Source: Eledone cirrhosa (lineage: Eukaryota). From it: a DNA stretch of 64,000 nt. Location of the stretch: assembly GCA_964016885.1 (NCBI GenBank), contig OZ024763.1:9920001-9984000 (forward strand). The letters run 5' to 3'. The notes under the pieces were generated by a model that saw only the letters and a list, made by a program, of their open reading frames with translations, did not search any database and was not told where the DNA came from. Each line of letters opens with the position of its first letter. Positions within the stretch are counted from its first letter, which is position 1. A program made the translations under genes and the position numbers. This document shows, piece by piece, positions 25,762 through 40,689 of the stretch.

Positions 25762-28700
25762 CTGTAAATACACAGGTGAAACTCCATGATTCCTCATTTT
25801 GCAATAATAAAAAATAGTTAAACTCTACTTCAGTATTGAGAAATCATTCTCAAGTTCGGCAATATCACACACACACACATACATATATATAGTATTTTAT
25901 GTATTTTTGGTGAACAAAATAGCATGATGTGGGGATCTGGATGGGTGGGTGAGAGGGCAATCACGGGTTTATAATGGTGAGAGTGACAACAGTTTTTCTG
26001 GGGGTTTTTTTTGTTATTTTTTTTTATGTGTAATTCAAGTGGAATAAATACCACAAGGTACTTTTCTTTGATTACACCTGTTTTGGGGGGGTTCTTTTTT
26101 CCAATTTACAATGCAAAAAATGTTACATATATAATTGTCGTCATCATCACCATGTTTATGTCTACATTTTCCATGTTTGCATAGATTAGACAAGAATTTT
26201 ATGAGGGCATCTTTTTTTTTAACAGTCACATGTCCTTCCGGAAGTCTTTTAAAGTATGGTGTATAGGGCAGACATATTGTATAGGGCAGACATATTGTAT
26301 AGGGCAGACATATTGTATAGGGGCAGACATATTGTTATGAGGGACACAAACAAAGATCACTGGTTGCTTTTTAAATGGTTCAGATATGAAAACATTTGTG
26401 GCAACTAATACACACACACACACATATATATATATTACAACAGACTTCCTTACAGTGTCTGTCTACCAAATTCACTCACAAGGCATTGGTCGGCCTGAAC
26501 TAGAGTAGAAGACGTTTTCTCAAGGTACCACACAGTGGTTTGAAGTAAAATTATCAAAGACATACATAAGCAAGTATTGCACCAAGAAAAATATAAACTT
26601 CTGCGAGAAACATATATATATACACACACACATGTGCACACAGATTTTCATATTTAATAATATATTTTTCTGTTATAGTTCTGGCAGTATGTGTGTGCCT
26701 GTGTAATCTAATATTCATGCAAAAATATGCACACAATATATAATAGAAAGCACGAATATTAATACTAAAATAAATTTATTCCTAGACACAAGTATATGTT
26801 AAAATAGCTCCTGTCTTTGACATTGAGGAGAACATTTTTATATATCTGTTGTCTGGAAGATTCTATCATTGAGCAGGGAACAAGGATGTGTGAAACAACC
26901 TTATTCAATTAATAGAATGGAACTGCCCAAAGCCGTGCTCACACACACATATATATACATACACACACACAGATATATATATATTTATATATATATATGT
27001 ATGTAAAAGGTAAACAGAAATAACAACACAATCGGTACTGTATATGGAAGGTATATATTAGGTTAATGCTTGATATAGCAGGAAGAGGGTCTTAACGTTT
27101 CAGACGCTAGTCCTTAATCAGAAGAAAGAATGAGAAATAAAATAGATTAAGGGGACAGGCGGGATTAAGGTGTTGTTCTCATAAATAATATCAAAATCTC
27201 ATAGATTCGATATTATGTGAGATAAAGCCTTTACTGCGAAAATGCAATAGTATATACAGAGTCATGTAAATGCTAATGGGTTAAAGTAAGCTGCTTCAAT
27301 GCAGGTTTTTTTAACTATCAAAAGTTTGGTATATAAGTCCCTGGGGATGGAAAGCGTGGACAATATTGCCTATGAGAGTTAAACTCAGACCTGCTGTAGG
27401 TGTGAGCTCAAGTCCCAGAGATGATACTGTACACTATTCCTATCACTAGGGGCTTATATGCCCAACTTGTTTATTTTTCATAGTAAAAAAAAAAACGGCA
27501 TTAAAGCAGCTTAGATTAAGCAAACAGTTTCAGAACACAAATTATCTAAATCATCTATCTACCCCACTGCAAGATCAAGCCAACCTGTGGCAGAGCCTTT
27601 AACTCTTTAACTCAGCATCATTTAATGTCTTCAACAGACCTAGTCAGTACTTAAGTAGAGCTACTGACATTACAAAAGAGCCAGCTGCCTGCATCTCACT
27701 TGCATGCAATCCTGCACTCTATTGGGTGCATGTTATTGTAATAGCAGCACTAGGAAGGTTGTCATGTCTTTTGACACAACTGAAGGACCCCACCACATTT
27801 CTAAAAACAGGTTTAATATCAGCGATCCCATATAAAGATTGTATCAGTGTATCAGATACTGATAAGAACAAATGCTACACTTTGATCTTACTCCCCAACT
27901 AACCATGGACACAGGGCCTCTAAGAGATTTTACAATGTGGAATAGGGTTGCTTTAGGAGCCTCAGGGTGGAGGGGTGAAGTGTGAGGAGCTCCTCTCAAA
28001 ATTTAAATCTAACTGATTCTGTGAATCAAATAATTTGTTCTAACAGCATAAGGTTAGCAATTTGACTCTGGAAGGATGAAAGGTAAAGTTGACCTCAGAA
28101 TGTAAAGAACTGTAACTAAATGCTGCACAACATTTAATTCGATGCTCTACCAATTCTGACACTCCACTGTTCTGTAATGTTAACTGATATTAACAATACT
28201 GTTAATTCATTGTTTTATCATAATCAATAATTTAAACATTTTTGTTTGTTTTTTTTCATTTTCAGCAAAACTATTATTTTTTTTATTTAATTTTAAATTA
28301 TGCCTAAAACTTGACCAAAAAGCATGACAGCAACAGACATCATACAAGACCAAAGATCAAAGACTGTCCTGCATGAGACAAGAACACATCAATGGTGATG
28401 GCATCATATGCAAAAACAAGGTGATTTTTTTTTTAAATCATGTTCTTTCTAACTTAAAGTATACTGAGAATTAATAAAAAAAATAAGATTTTAAAAACAT
28501 TAACTCTTTTGTTACTGTATTTCTAATTACATACATTGTGTTTTAATATATTACTATGGAAAAATTTGGAGGGATTTACTAAAATAATTAATTATTTCAT
28601 TAGTAATCCACTCGTGACCATATTTCTAATGAAATACATTATATTTCATTTAATTAATAAAGAATTTTGAGAGATTTACTAAAATTAATAATTATTTCAT

Positions 28701-29439
28701 TACTAAGACAGTAACTTAACATGGTTCTTATATAAAATTATGTTGGAAGGCTTTAATTTAAATAGGAACCCTTTAAAATATGTGGTTTTGTTTTACAGAA
28801 ATAGAGCCAGCTTCAGCATCTTAAAAGGTTTTTATATAAAATTATGTTGGAAGGTTTTAATTTATAAAGGAACCCTCCAAAATGGTTGATTTTGTTTCAT
28901 AGAACCAGGACTGGCTTCAGCACCAAATACGTTAAAATAGTATTTGTAATATAACTTAAAAAAAGGTTTTTATATAAAACTACATTGGAAGGTTTTAATT
29001 GGAGGTTGATAGTAAATATAAGGATTAAATAAAAAATATATTTAAAATATAATACATTTTTTTCCAGATCTCAAACTGGGATTAAAAACCAAACATTATC
29101 TAAGTATTTGAGAGTGAATACAGATGTTGTTTAATCATAGGTCACTTAAGACCACAAGCATTCCAGTCATGACCATCCCATCATTTTAAGAGTTACTGAG
29201 ATAAGATTCTATATATCCTTAAGTCTCCACTTTTTTTAAGACAGTGGAGAAGAGGGGGATTTTTCTAGCAGGCTGAGGTTAACCTCAATCATCATCATTT
29301 CAGTGTTGTTGTTACACACAGACCCTCATTACATTAAAGTAAGATAACACGTGTTGGCAATGACTTCAGTATTGAAGATTCTATTGAAGGTTGGGTCATT
29401 TCTCTCCACTATGTGTACAGGCTTGCTGGTGACTGATAT

Positions 29440-29712
29440 GTCTGATCCAGGATCAACAGATCCAACCACAGTGGTCACAGGGAAATATCTGAACTCTGCT
29501 TTCACACAGTTTTTCTGCTGGGCTCATTTCTCCTTCGCACTGACTCCAGTCTGCCGCAAATGTACCGGTAGTCTGCTGGGTGATGATGATGATGTGCCAC
29601 CAAGCATTGCAGTCAGCAGTCTGGGTGGTCCACTGGTGAGGGGTAATGTTGCATAATTTGAGGACCTTTTCCAGCGTGCCTTCGTGTGCATCTCTATTAC
29701 GACAGTCAGAAG
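29440..29712 (-). mobile_element. LINE C-terminal fragment with CxxC zinc knuckle
   Basis: ..ADCNAW...FPCDHCGWIC, typical RTE-type C-terminus. Confidence 0.5.
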
Positions 29713-29714
29713 AC

Positions 29715-32300
29715 ACACATCACAGTACTGCTACATATCTGAGACTATGTTACACATCACATGACTGTACTGCTACATATCTGAGCCTGTGTTACACATC
29801 ACATCACAGTACTACTACATATCTGAGACTGTGTTACACATCACATCACAGTACTGCTACATATCTGAGACTGTGTTACACATCACATCACAGTACTACT
29901 ACATATCTGAGACTGTGTTACACATCACATCACAGTAGTACTACATATCTGAGACTGTGTTACACATCACATCACAGTAGTACTACATATCTGAGACAGT
30001 GTTACACATCACATCACAGTACTGCTACATATCTGAGACTGTGTTACACATCACATCACAGTAGTACTACATATCTGAGACTGTGTTACACATCACATCA
30101 CAGTACTACTACATATCTGAGACTGTGTTACACATCACATTACAGTAGTACTACATATCTGAGACTGTGTTACACATCACATCACATCACATCACAGTAC
30201 TACTACATATCTGAGAGTGTTACACATCACATCACTGTACTGCTACATATCTGAGACAGTGTTACACACATCACATCACAGTACTACTACATATCTGAGA
30301 CTGTGTTACACATCACATCACTGTACTGCTACATATCTGAGACAGTGTTACACACATCACAACACAGTACTACTACATATCTGAGACAGCGTTACACATC
30401 ACATCACAGTACTGCTACATATCTGAGACTGTGTTACACATCACATCACAGTACTGCTACATATCTGAGCCAGTGTTACACATCACATCACAGTACTACT
30501 GACATATCTGAGACAGTGTTACACATCACATCACAGTACTACTACATATCTGAGAGAGTGTTACACACATCACATCACAGTAGTACTACATATCTGAGAC
30601 TGTGTTACACATCACATCACAGTACTACTGACATATCTGAGACTGTGTTACACATCACATCACAGTACTACTGACATATCTGAGACTGTGTTACACATCA
30701 CATCACTGTACTGCTACATATCTGAGACAGTGTTACACATCACATCACAGTAGTACTCCATATCTGAGACTGTGTTACACATCACATCACAGTAGTACTA
30801 CATATCTGAGACTGTGTTACACATCACATCACAGTACTACTACATATCTGAGACTGTGTTACACACATCATATCACAGTACTACTACATATCTGAGACTG
30901 TGTTACACATCACATCACAGTACTACTACATATCTGAGACTGTGTTACACACATCACATCACAGTACTACTACATATCTGAGACTGTGTTACACACATCA
31001 CATCACAGTACTACTACATATCTGAGACTGTATTACACATCACATCACTGTACTGCTACATATCTGAGACTGTGTTACACGCATCACATCACTGTACTGC
31101 TACATATCTGAGACTGTGTTACACATCACATCAGTACTGCTACATATCTGAGACTGTGTTACACATCACATCACTGTACTGCTACATATCTGAGACTGTG
31201 TTACACATCACATCAGTACTGCTACATATCTGAGACTGTGTTACACATCACATCACTGTACTGCTACATATCTGAGACTGTGTTACACATCACATCACTG
31301 TACTGCTACATATCTGAGACTGTGTTACACATCACATCACAGTACTACTACATATCTGAGACTGTGTTACACATCACATCACAGTAGTACTACATATCTG
31401 AGACTGTGTTACACATCACATCACAGTACTACTACATATCTGAGACTGTGTTACACATCACATCACTGTACTGCTACATATCTGAGACAGTGTTACACAC
31501 ATCACAACACAGTACTACTACATATCTGAGAGAGTGTTACACATCACATCACTGTACTGCTACATATCTGAGACAGTGTTACACACATCACAACACAGTA
31601 CTACTACATATCTGAGACAGTGTTACACACATCACATCACAGTACTACTGACATATCTGAGACTGTGTTACACATCACATCACAGTACTGCTACATATCT
31701 GAGCCAGTGTTACACATCACATGACTGTACTGCTACATATCTGAGACAGTGTTACACATCACATCACTGTACTGCTACATATCTGAGACTGTGTTACACA
31801 TCACATCACAGTACTGCTACATATCTGACACTGTGTTACAAATCACAACACAGTAGTACTACATATCTGAGACTGTGTTACACATCACATCACAGTACTG
31901 CTACATATCTGAGACTGTGTTACACACATCACATCACAGTACTGCTACATATCTGAGACAGTGTTACACATCACATCACAGTACTACTACATATCTGAGA
32001 CTATGTTACACATCACATGACTGTACTGCTACATATTTGAGACTGTGTTACACATCACATCACAGTACTACTACATATCTGAGACTGTATTACACATCAC
32101 ATCACTGTACTGCTACATATCTGAGACTGTGTTACACACATCACTGTACTGCTACATATCTGAGACTGTGTTACACATCACATGACTGTACTGCTACATA
32201 TCTGAGACTGTGTTACACATCACATCACAGTACTACTACATATCTGAGACTATGTTACACACATCACATCACTGTACTTTTACATATCTGAAACATCACA
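29715..32300. repeat. ~42-bp minisatellite (~60 copies)
   Basis: catcacatcacagtactactacatatctgagactgtgttaca repeated. Confidence 0.97.
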
Positions 32301-34267
32301 TGCCCATATACAATATTTCCCCCCACCCAACATACTATCCTCTGCTCCTGCCTCTTCCCCCCAGAGCCCACTCAATGCCTCCTGTTTTCCACTCCTACCA
32401 AAATTCTTACACTGTCTCCCTCTCATTTCACACTCAGTACTTTTCTCAGTCCTTTTTCCCAATGACTAGAATCATCTAATATGCCCCACTCCAGACCCAA
32501 ATTATTCTTTCCTCCACCCCCATTAAAGATCTCTTTTAACCAGTGTGTGGGGAGGGGGCGTATTGAGGCAGTGGCAAAGTTCATAGGTGTGTCTCTCCAC
32601 TGATTAATTCATTTTAAATAAATTGTTTCACACCCGCTATCAATAACGAACCAGCCAATCAGCCAGCCCACACACGAGACAACAGGACATAATGTCTATG
32701 AATTAGACTGAAATTGCATTACCACTTGATTATCAACGTGAGATGACAGCTGGATTTGAACCAGAAACTAAATATTGGAAGATATTTTGTCCACTGCTCT
32801 TCTCATTCTGCCAATCCATTGACCCTATTGAAAAATAAAAATAATAATATTAATAATAATAATTTCTACTAAATCCTCTGCCTAATTAAATTGATGATTA
32901 TAATGATCTCTAATTTAGGCAAAGGGCCAGCAATTTGGCAAGGAAGGGAAAGTCAATTAAAGTGACCGCAGCACTTGATTGATAATTTATTTTATCAACT
33001 CTGAAAGGACGAAAGGCAAAGTTGACCTCTGTGGGACTTGAACTTAGAAAGTAAACATCCGTAACAAAGACAGCAAAGTATTTCTTTGACACTCTAACAA
33101 CTTTGAAAAGAAAATTCTTGTTTCTACTTTTGGTGTCTACTTGGCTCATTGAGACACATCACATAACTCCTAAGTGAGAGACATGCTAATCAGGACCTGT
33201 ATTGGTAACCCCATAGAAAGAGATGTAGGGGACGTCCCAAGATAAACTGGTGGCAGACAATCAACAGGGACCTGAACCCCTTAAACGAAAGTTGGAACAC
33301 TGTATTGATAGATGCAACTGACCGTGGTCATTGGAGCACATTGGCTGCCTCATGTGTCTCAAGATGCTTCTAAGTCTTAGTTTGGCACAAGGCCAACCGT
33401 TTCAAGGGAAGAAGAAAGTTGATTAAATCGACCCCTTTTCATTACTGGTACTTTATTTTATCAACCCCCGTAAGGATGAAAGGCGAAGTTGACCTTGGCA
33501 GGAACTCAGACCATAAAGAACTGGAACAAATACTGACCCTGTTTAAAAAGAAAATAGTTTTCAAGAAAGTCTTACTTTTCTCTGGTACGTCTAACCATCT
33601 TCTTCTTCCTGCTATATATCACAAGTCTATAGAATATTCTGTTTATTCTTCATCTTCACATGTTATATCACCTACACAGAAAAAAATACCCCAAAAATAT
33701 TTTTAAAAAGTAAAGCTTATGTCCAGATTAATAGTGAAGATAAAAATGAAAACAAAGAAATGTTATTTGTACGTACACACACATATGCATGAAATATCTG
33801 ATGGCCCTGTGAACACAGGTGAAACTCCAGAGTAATAAGACATTCTTGCTTCAGCACTAACGCGGTCTGTGAAGACCTTCCAACCATTTCTAGCATGGAA
33901 AACAGACATTAAATGAATATGATATATATACACATAAACACACAACATATATATACACATAAACACACAACATATATATACACATAAACACACAACATAT
34001 ACATACACATAAACACACAACATATACATACACATAAACATACAACATATACATACACACATATATATACACATAAACATACATCTATATACACATACAC
34101 ACATATATATACACATAAACACACAACATATACATACACATATATATATATACACATAAACACATATATATACACATAAACATACATCTATATACATACA
34201 CATAAACACATCTATATACATACACACACATATATATACACATAAACATACATCTATATACACATAC

Positions 34268-34800
34268 AATTTCCTCTCTTTGGGATAAAATTTTGATTTT
34301 GATTTCTGGTGGTGAGGTTATTTTTATATTTATTGGGGAGTTGTCTACGTCTGCAGATATCCGTCCAGGTGGTGTTGATGTGATCTTCAATCTGGGATGC
34401 AGCTATGTCTGTCACTTCTGTAGTTCACCATTGTTAAAGTGCTCATATGCCAAGCTGTTGTATATGCCCCACAAGATGATGCAGAATTCTTTCCCTTTGT
34501 TGATATACGAGGTCCTTCTCTCGCATGTTGTTTTGGCAATTGACGTCATTCACATGGAAAGCGAAATAATCATCGAAAAATGCTTGGAAACGACTTAGAA
34601 AAGGTGTAAATCAAAATCAAAATTTTATCCCAAAGAGAGGAAATTGGAACGTTATCCACTGATGAAGGGATTTTTAAGTCCTGAAATATTGGACAGATAA
34701 AAGAACAACAAAACAAAACAAAGATTACCAGGTAACTTTTATTTTTCGTTACCTCATCTTACAGTCCATTTAGCATTGTTTTGCCTTCTATCTCTTTCAA
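34268..34800. mobile_element. Penelope-like fragment with inverted segment and hammerhead-like motif
   Basis: Shares sequence with 38815-38880 and 37750-37950; about 38-bp perfect inverted repeat 34268-34305/34607-34645; CTGATGA...GAAA at 34659-34686. Confidence 0.65.
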
Positions 34801-35732
34801 CGTTATAATATACAATGCTTCAAGCAAACAATAACATTATATATATATACATATATATATATATCTTCCTGCTATATCAAGTATTAACCTAATACATACC
34901 TTCCATATTCTGTACCAATTGTGTTGTTATTTCTATTTACCTTTTACATATATATATATGGAGGCACATGGCTTAGTGGTTAGAGCATTGGCCTTGCAAT
35001 CAAAAGGTTGTGAGTTCAATTGTCAGACCGGGTGATGTGTTGTTTCCTTGAGCAAGACACTTTATTTTACTCAGCTGTAGAAATGAGATGATAGGGGACT
35101 GGGGTCCATATCATTCCACTGTAAAGTGGTCGTGGAGGTGCCACGGCAAAAAAAAAAGCACCCAGCACTCACTGTAAATGAGGTTGGTGTTAGGAAGGGC
35201 ATCCAGCTGTAGAAATCAAGCCAGTATCAGTTCCCACCCCACCCTTGCAAGCAGGGAAAAGCAGACGTAAAATGATGATGATGATGATGTATATATATAT
35301 ATAAATATAGATTTCTTTATTTCTTATCGATAGAAAATAAATATAACGAACTAGAAAAATTGGATTTGTGCTAGCCCACCATATTTACCACTTGCTCAGT
35401 GATTTTATGGAACCTGCATTTCCCAGGTGCAAGCCCATAAATCAGAGCACACACAATGAGTTTAGCCAGTGGCAAAAATGGTGTTATGTGGGAACACCAT
35501 ACAATTATGCTCCGGACCAACGATATCATGGTTTTTTTCACTGCACCCAGATGTGCAAATGTTGCACTCAATGCACAGAAACTACACGTTAATCCTAGAA
35601 GCGTCTAGTAAAAACAATCGCAGCCAAGACTGGTGGAGCAAGTTATCAACGGAGTATAGTCCTTATTTATTCCATTGAAAAAGTCTAATGGTGACAACAT
35701 AACAGTACACATATACATTATACACTACTTAC

Positions 35733-35798
35733 TTGAGTCAAAGACATCACTGTCACCAAAATATTCCAAAGATAAATTTGCTTCGTCCAACTGCATCA
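35733..35798 (-). CDS. FHA-domain protein exon 5
   Basis: tatttcAG|(V)MQLDEANLSLEYFGDSDVFDS-a|GTaagt; symmetric phase-1 66-nt exon. Confidence 0.65.
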
Positions 35799-35884
35799 CT
35801 GAAATATAGAAGTTTTACATGATGAGGATGATGTTGATAACTGTTGCTGAAGATGGTGGTATGCCAACCAGGCCAGAAGTGGGG

Positions 35885-36135
35885 TAACACTGACTAACAG
35901 ACTGCTGAGAGCCTGAGGTAACACTGACTAACAGGCTACTGTAGGACAGAGGTGTGTTTTTACTTCTCAACTAAGGTGACATTAACTAACACAACTGTAG
36001 GACAGAGGTATGTTTTTACTTCTCAACTAAGGTGACATTAACTAACACATCTGAAGACAGGGGAATGTTTTTACTTCTCAACTAAGGTGACATTAACTAA
36101 CACAACTGTAGGACAGAGGTATGTTTTTACTTCCC
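35885..36135. repeat. Diverged ~57-bp tandem repeat related to the 39500 array
   Basis: cagaggtatgtttttacttctcaactaaggtgacattaactaac. Confidence 0.8.
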
Positions 36136-36403
36136 AGTTATGGAGTGTTTCATTTCAATGTCAATCTCTCTGCAACTTCTATGACTGCAATTTTTTGCGA
36201 CTTTTTTCCAGCTCTTTCTTTTATTTTCTCTTTACCCAGTCTAGCAACCCACTAGGCATTGCCCATATGGCTAGTCCGCCTTTGACCAGTGGTTATAGAA
36301 CAAAACACTTGTCTAAGGTAGCAAATAGTAGGATCAAACCTGAGACAATTGTGGCCACCATTCCGGCATATAAACAAATCTGCAGTAAACAAACTGTTCT
36401 TAC

Positions 36404-36485
36404 CTTTTTTACATGGACTGGAGCATATGTTTTTATAGTCTTTGTTCTTTGGAGAGCTTGGAAGACTATCATTACTGTTTTGGAA
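36404..36485 (-). CDS. FHA-domain protein exon 4
   Basis: ttcttcAG|FQNSNDSLPSSPKNKDYKNICSSPCKK-g|GTaaga; phase 0-1. Confidence 0.7.
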
Positions 36486-37378
36486 CTGAAGAAATACAAG
36501 ACAGAAACTCACAACAGAATTTTCTAGATAACGAACACATTATCACTTTCATTATCAGATTTCTCATTAAAAATATTGCCTAAGATTTTTAGATAATCAA
36601 TAATTTACTAAACTAACTATCTTATTGTTAATTTGGTGTTTGGAATATAACTTAACCTTTTTATTACCATATTTCTAATGAAAGACATCTGCTCTGGCTT
36701 GACTCACATCTGGACAACTCATCTAACCAATGCTAGCATGGTAAAATGGAAATTTAACAGTGATGATAATAATGATAATGAAAGACATTGCCAATGATTT
36801 TCAAATGATTTTGAAAATAATCAATAATTTAGAAATATCATCATTTTCATCATCATTTCATTTTACGTCCGCTTTTCCCTGATTGCAAGGGTGAGATGGG
36901 AACTAATTCTGGCTCGATTTCTACAGCTGGATGCCCTTCCTAACACCAACCTCATTTACAGTGAGTGCTGGGTCCTTTTTTCCGAGGTGCCTACACATCC
37001 ACTTTACAGTGTGGGCTGGGTGCTTTTTTGCCGTGGCGCCTCCATGACCACTTTGCAGTGGAATGATAGAGACCCCAGTCCCTATCATCACATTTCTACA
37101 GCTGAGTGAACTGGAGCAATGTGAAATAAAGTGTCTTGCTCAAGGAAACAACACATCACCTGGTTCGAGAATTGAACTCACAACCTTTCGATTGCAAGGG
37201 GCCAATGCTCTAACCACTAAGCCATGTGCCTCCAATATATATAATATATATATATATAAATATATATATCATTATCATCATCGTTTAACATCTATCTTCC
37301 ATGCTAGCATGGGTTTAGACGAGAATTGTCCCACTTGAAGCAAGATTGGTCGGGTGACAGTCCTCGCTCGTATATATA

Positions 37379-37606
37379 TTGTCCCTTAAAGACTCAGGTG
37401 TAGCCTACTCCATTCAATGGAAAGCCATCACTAGGTCCAAGCCATACGCAAGGGGTAATCCATCTTGTGGACCGTGTATTAAAGAAAAGATCAATATTCT
37501 AAGGAGATTACGCAATAGCGATTGCCTAAATTCAAGGAATGAACTTTTCTCACGTTGTCCACACATCTGGAAACACCTCTTGCATAACTACAAAGCTCCG
37601 GATTGA
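37379..37606 (+). mobile_element. Penelope-like element GIY-YIG C-terminal fragment
   Basis: IQWK....KPY.....CxxC.KEK..I...LNSRNEL...CPH. Confidence 0.75.
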
Positions 37607-37707
37607 TATATATATATATATACATGGTGTCCCTAAAAATGTATACACACTTCAACAGCATTCTAATAAGTGTGTATACGTGTTATTGGGACACCATTTC
37701 TATATAT

Positions 37708-37739
<32 letters not shown>

Positions 37740-37744
37740 ATATA

Positions 37745-38880
37745 ATGTGGAAAAAGATAGATGGCTAACAATGCAAAATGGACTGTAAGATGTAACGTAA
37801 AAGTAAGTTACCTGGTAATCTTTGTTTTGTTTTTTGTTGTTGCTGTTCTTTCTTCTGTCCTAATGTTTTGGGACCTAAAATTCCCTTCTTCAGAGTTTAA
37901 GAAACTTTCAGAGAATAATGTTTCGGTTTTTTCTCCTTGGGATTGAATTTTATTTTAAATTTCTTAGGCTTTCAATCATTTTTTAATGGTTATTTCGTTG
38001 TTGTCTCTGGATTGCTTTTTAGACAGTGAAGGGCCGGAGTGTGCTCACTGTATGTCCAGTCCTTCTTTGCATATGGCTCTGCAGATAGCTGTGGTTATGC
38101 TTTCGCTGAAATGTGGTACTTTCATGAAGCAGGTTTTAAAGATCTTATGCCTGCGGCACCTTCGATTCTTAAGATGATTCATTGTGGATGTTAGGTTTCC
38201 GTTCGTGTTCAGTACATGAAATGTGCAGTGTGAGTGATCTCGTCCTCCGTCTTGCTACATTTATTCCGGATACGCGTTCATTTCTTATGTGACGATGAGT
38301 ATATAATCTATATATCAGGTGAAGAGTGGCAGGTTTTGAACACTCTATGTTCCAGTTGGTTCATATAGGTGATGGCCAGAAGGCCTGTTTGTATGTGTGG
38401 TGGTGGAAAGTGAAATATGTATTTTCTACGATGACGGATAGAAGCTGATGTATGTCCTGTGGGGTGAGACCGAAACAGTATATGTTATATGAAATGAATG
38501 CAGTCAGTCACTAGGTTGACCTCTGGGTGAGCGGGTACTGTCGTGTAGAGGGAGACAACATTGAGGCTAAAGGCCTGTTGAGTTTAAGTTGGTTAGGTTG
38601 TAGTTGATGTAGTCTTTGTATGACTTCATTGGAGCTGCTGACATATCCAGGAAAAGTAGCAAGCATAGGCTTGAGGATCTGGGAGAGAAACCATGAGATT
38701 TTATAGAGGGATCCTTCTATACTAGAGAGAATTGGTCTAATCTGTATATTAACACTGGTTTTGTGGGTTTTAATGAGGTGGTAGAATGTTGGTAGTCTGC
38801 TGTTTCAAGTGGTGAGGTTGTTTTAATATTTGTTGGGGAGTTGTCTATGTCTGCAGATATCCGTCCAGGTGATGTTGATA
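37745..38880 (-). mobile_element. Penelope-like element RT relic with terminal pLTR
   Basis: PTFYHLIKTHK...IRPILSS...FSLNVVSLYTTVP; terminal region homologous to 34600-34800. Confidence 0.75.
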
Positions 38881-39499
38881 TATATATAATATATCATCAT
38901 CACTGTTTAGTGTCCATTTTTCCATGCTTGCATGGGTTAGACGAGTCATCCACGCCATGAAGCAAGTTTGGCCAAAGTTGGCCATGTCACACATTGCTCT
39001 GGTCAAGACTGTAAATTTGGCCGGGTATTTTACAGCTGGATGCCCTTCCTAACATGAACCACATTTACAGTGTGGAACTGGATGACACTGTTATGAGGAG
39101 GGCCAGGCCAGTTGGCCACATCAAAGCCATCACACAGCAGAACCATAGATTTGGGAGCTGGTATTGGATGACACAGCTATGAGGAGGGACAGGTGTAGAA
39201 CCACAGTTTGGGAGCCTGGTGTTAGAAGGCACCACTATGCGGAAAGACCAGTTGGAGCCCGGTAGTGGATGACACTGATACAAGGAGCCTAACCCATCTC
39301 ACAGCGTAGTCATAGTTTTGTCGTCCAGTACTGGAAGGCTATGAGGAGGGACAGGCCAGTTGGTCATGCCGAACCCTTCACACAACGTAACCATAGTTTT
39401 GGAGACCGGTACTGGATGACATCGTTATGAGGAAGGACAGGTGTGGTGCCACAGTTTTGGAACCTGGTGCTGGGTGGCACCACTATGCAGAGGTCACAC

Positions 39500-39726
39500 A
39501 AACTAACAGACTACTGGGCCCAGAGGTATGTTTTCACTGCTCAGCTAAGGTGACACTAACTGACTGACTACTGGGCCCAGAGGTATGTTTTCACTGCTCA
39601 GCTAAGGTGACACTAACTGACTGACTACTGGGCCCAGAGGTATGTTTTCACTGCTCAGCTAAGGTGACACTAACTGACTGACTACTGGGCCCAGAGGTAT
39701 GTTTTCACTGCTCAGCTAAGGTGACA
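39500..39726. repeat. 57-bp tandem repeat (4 copies)
   Basis: actaactgactgactactgggcccagaggtatgttttcactgctcagctaaggtgac. Confidence 0.93.
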
Positions 39727-39915
39727 AAGACTGCCCACAAGGAAAAGTTGATATCAACACCAGTATGTAACTGGAATATTATTTTATCAACCCTTGAAGA
39801 ATGAAAAGTGAAGTTGACCTTGGCAATGATTTGAAACTCTGAACTAAATACAGTATTTTGTCTGACACTGTAACAATTTTGCCACTGCCTTCGTAAAAGA
39901 ATAGAATATACTTAC

Positions 39916-40035
39916 CACATATTGGAACATTGACTTTGGTTGACGAGCGAAGCTACCAGCTTTAATGTTGGAACCATTTAAATGTCCAAAGATGATCTTA
40001 TCACCATTATTTAGAACACAGCCATCTTTATTGAC
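39916..40035 (-). CDS. FHA-domain protein exon 3
   Basis: ctaAG|VNKDGCVLNNGDKIIFGHLNGSNIKAGSFARQPKSMFQYV|GTaagt; L..GD.I.FG completes the FHA fold. Confidence 0.88.
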
Positions 40036-40689
40036 CTTAGCAAGGAAAGATAAGAGGAAAACGTTACTATTAACCACTTTTGTTACCATATTTCTAATTC
40101 TTATGTGTTTTAATTAATTTAAAAAAAAAAAATATTTAGAGGAATTTATTAACTAGTAATGTCCTGTATTTTCAAGAAAAGTATAAAACAACACTATAAC
40201 TGCATTGTATTTAAAAGGTAAAGTCTTTATTCTAATAGTGCAAATTTCCTCAACAATTTGTCTACTATAAATATTTAAATTAACAAGCCACTTAATATAT
40301 GTATATATATATATATATATACAGCTGTCCCCCAGTATTTGCGGGGGTTACATTCCTTGAGCACCTGCGAAGAGTGAAAACCACGAATAATGGACGCGGT
40401 CCATAAAAATGTCCATAAGCGTCAAAATCTAATATAAAGAGGGAACGCCTTATTTGAAGAGGCGTCCAATAGGCCAGCAAATAAGGTATATTGTTATTAA
40501 TAATTTAGCATTGAAAAGGCCATTAAAAAAATCGCGGAAGATATTTAAGATTCCACGAGATGAATAATTCCGTGTCTCAGGTAGTTTTGAAAATTGCCTT
40601 CCAACAATTTCATCCAATAGAGCTGTTCGAGCCATTAACTTGGAAAAAAAGTTGAAATTCCTTTTAAAGTTTAGAAGAAAATTCATTCA

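Noticed and set aside
29646-32479. Repetitive ORFs / CRISPR-like array
   Set aside because: Head-to-tail units without unique spacers, frequent frameshifting indels, eukaryotic context
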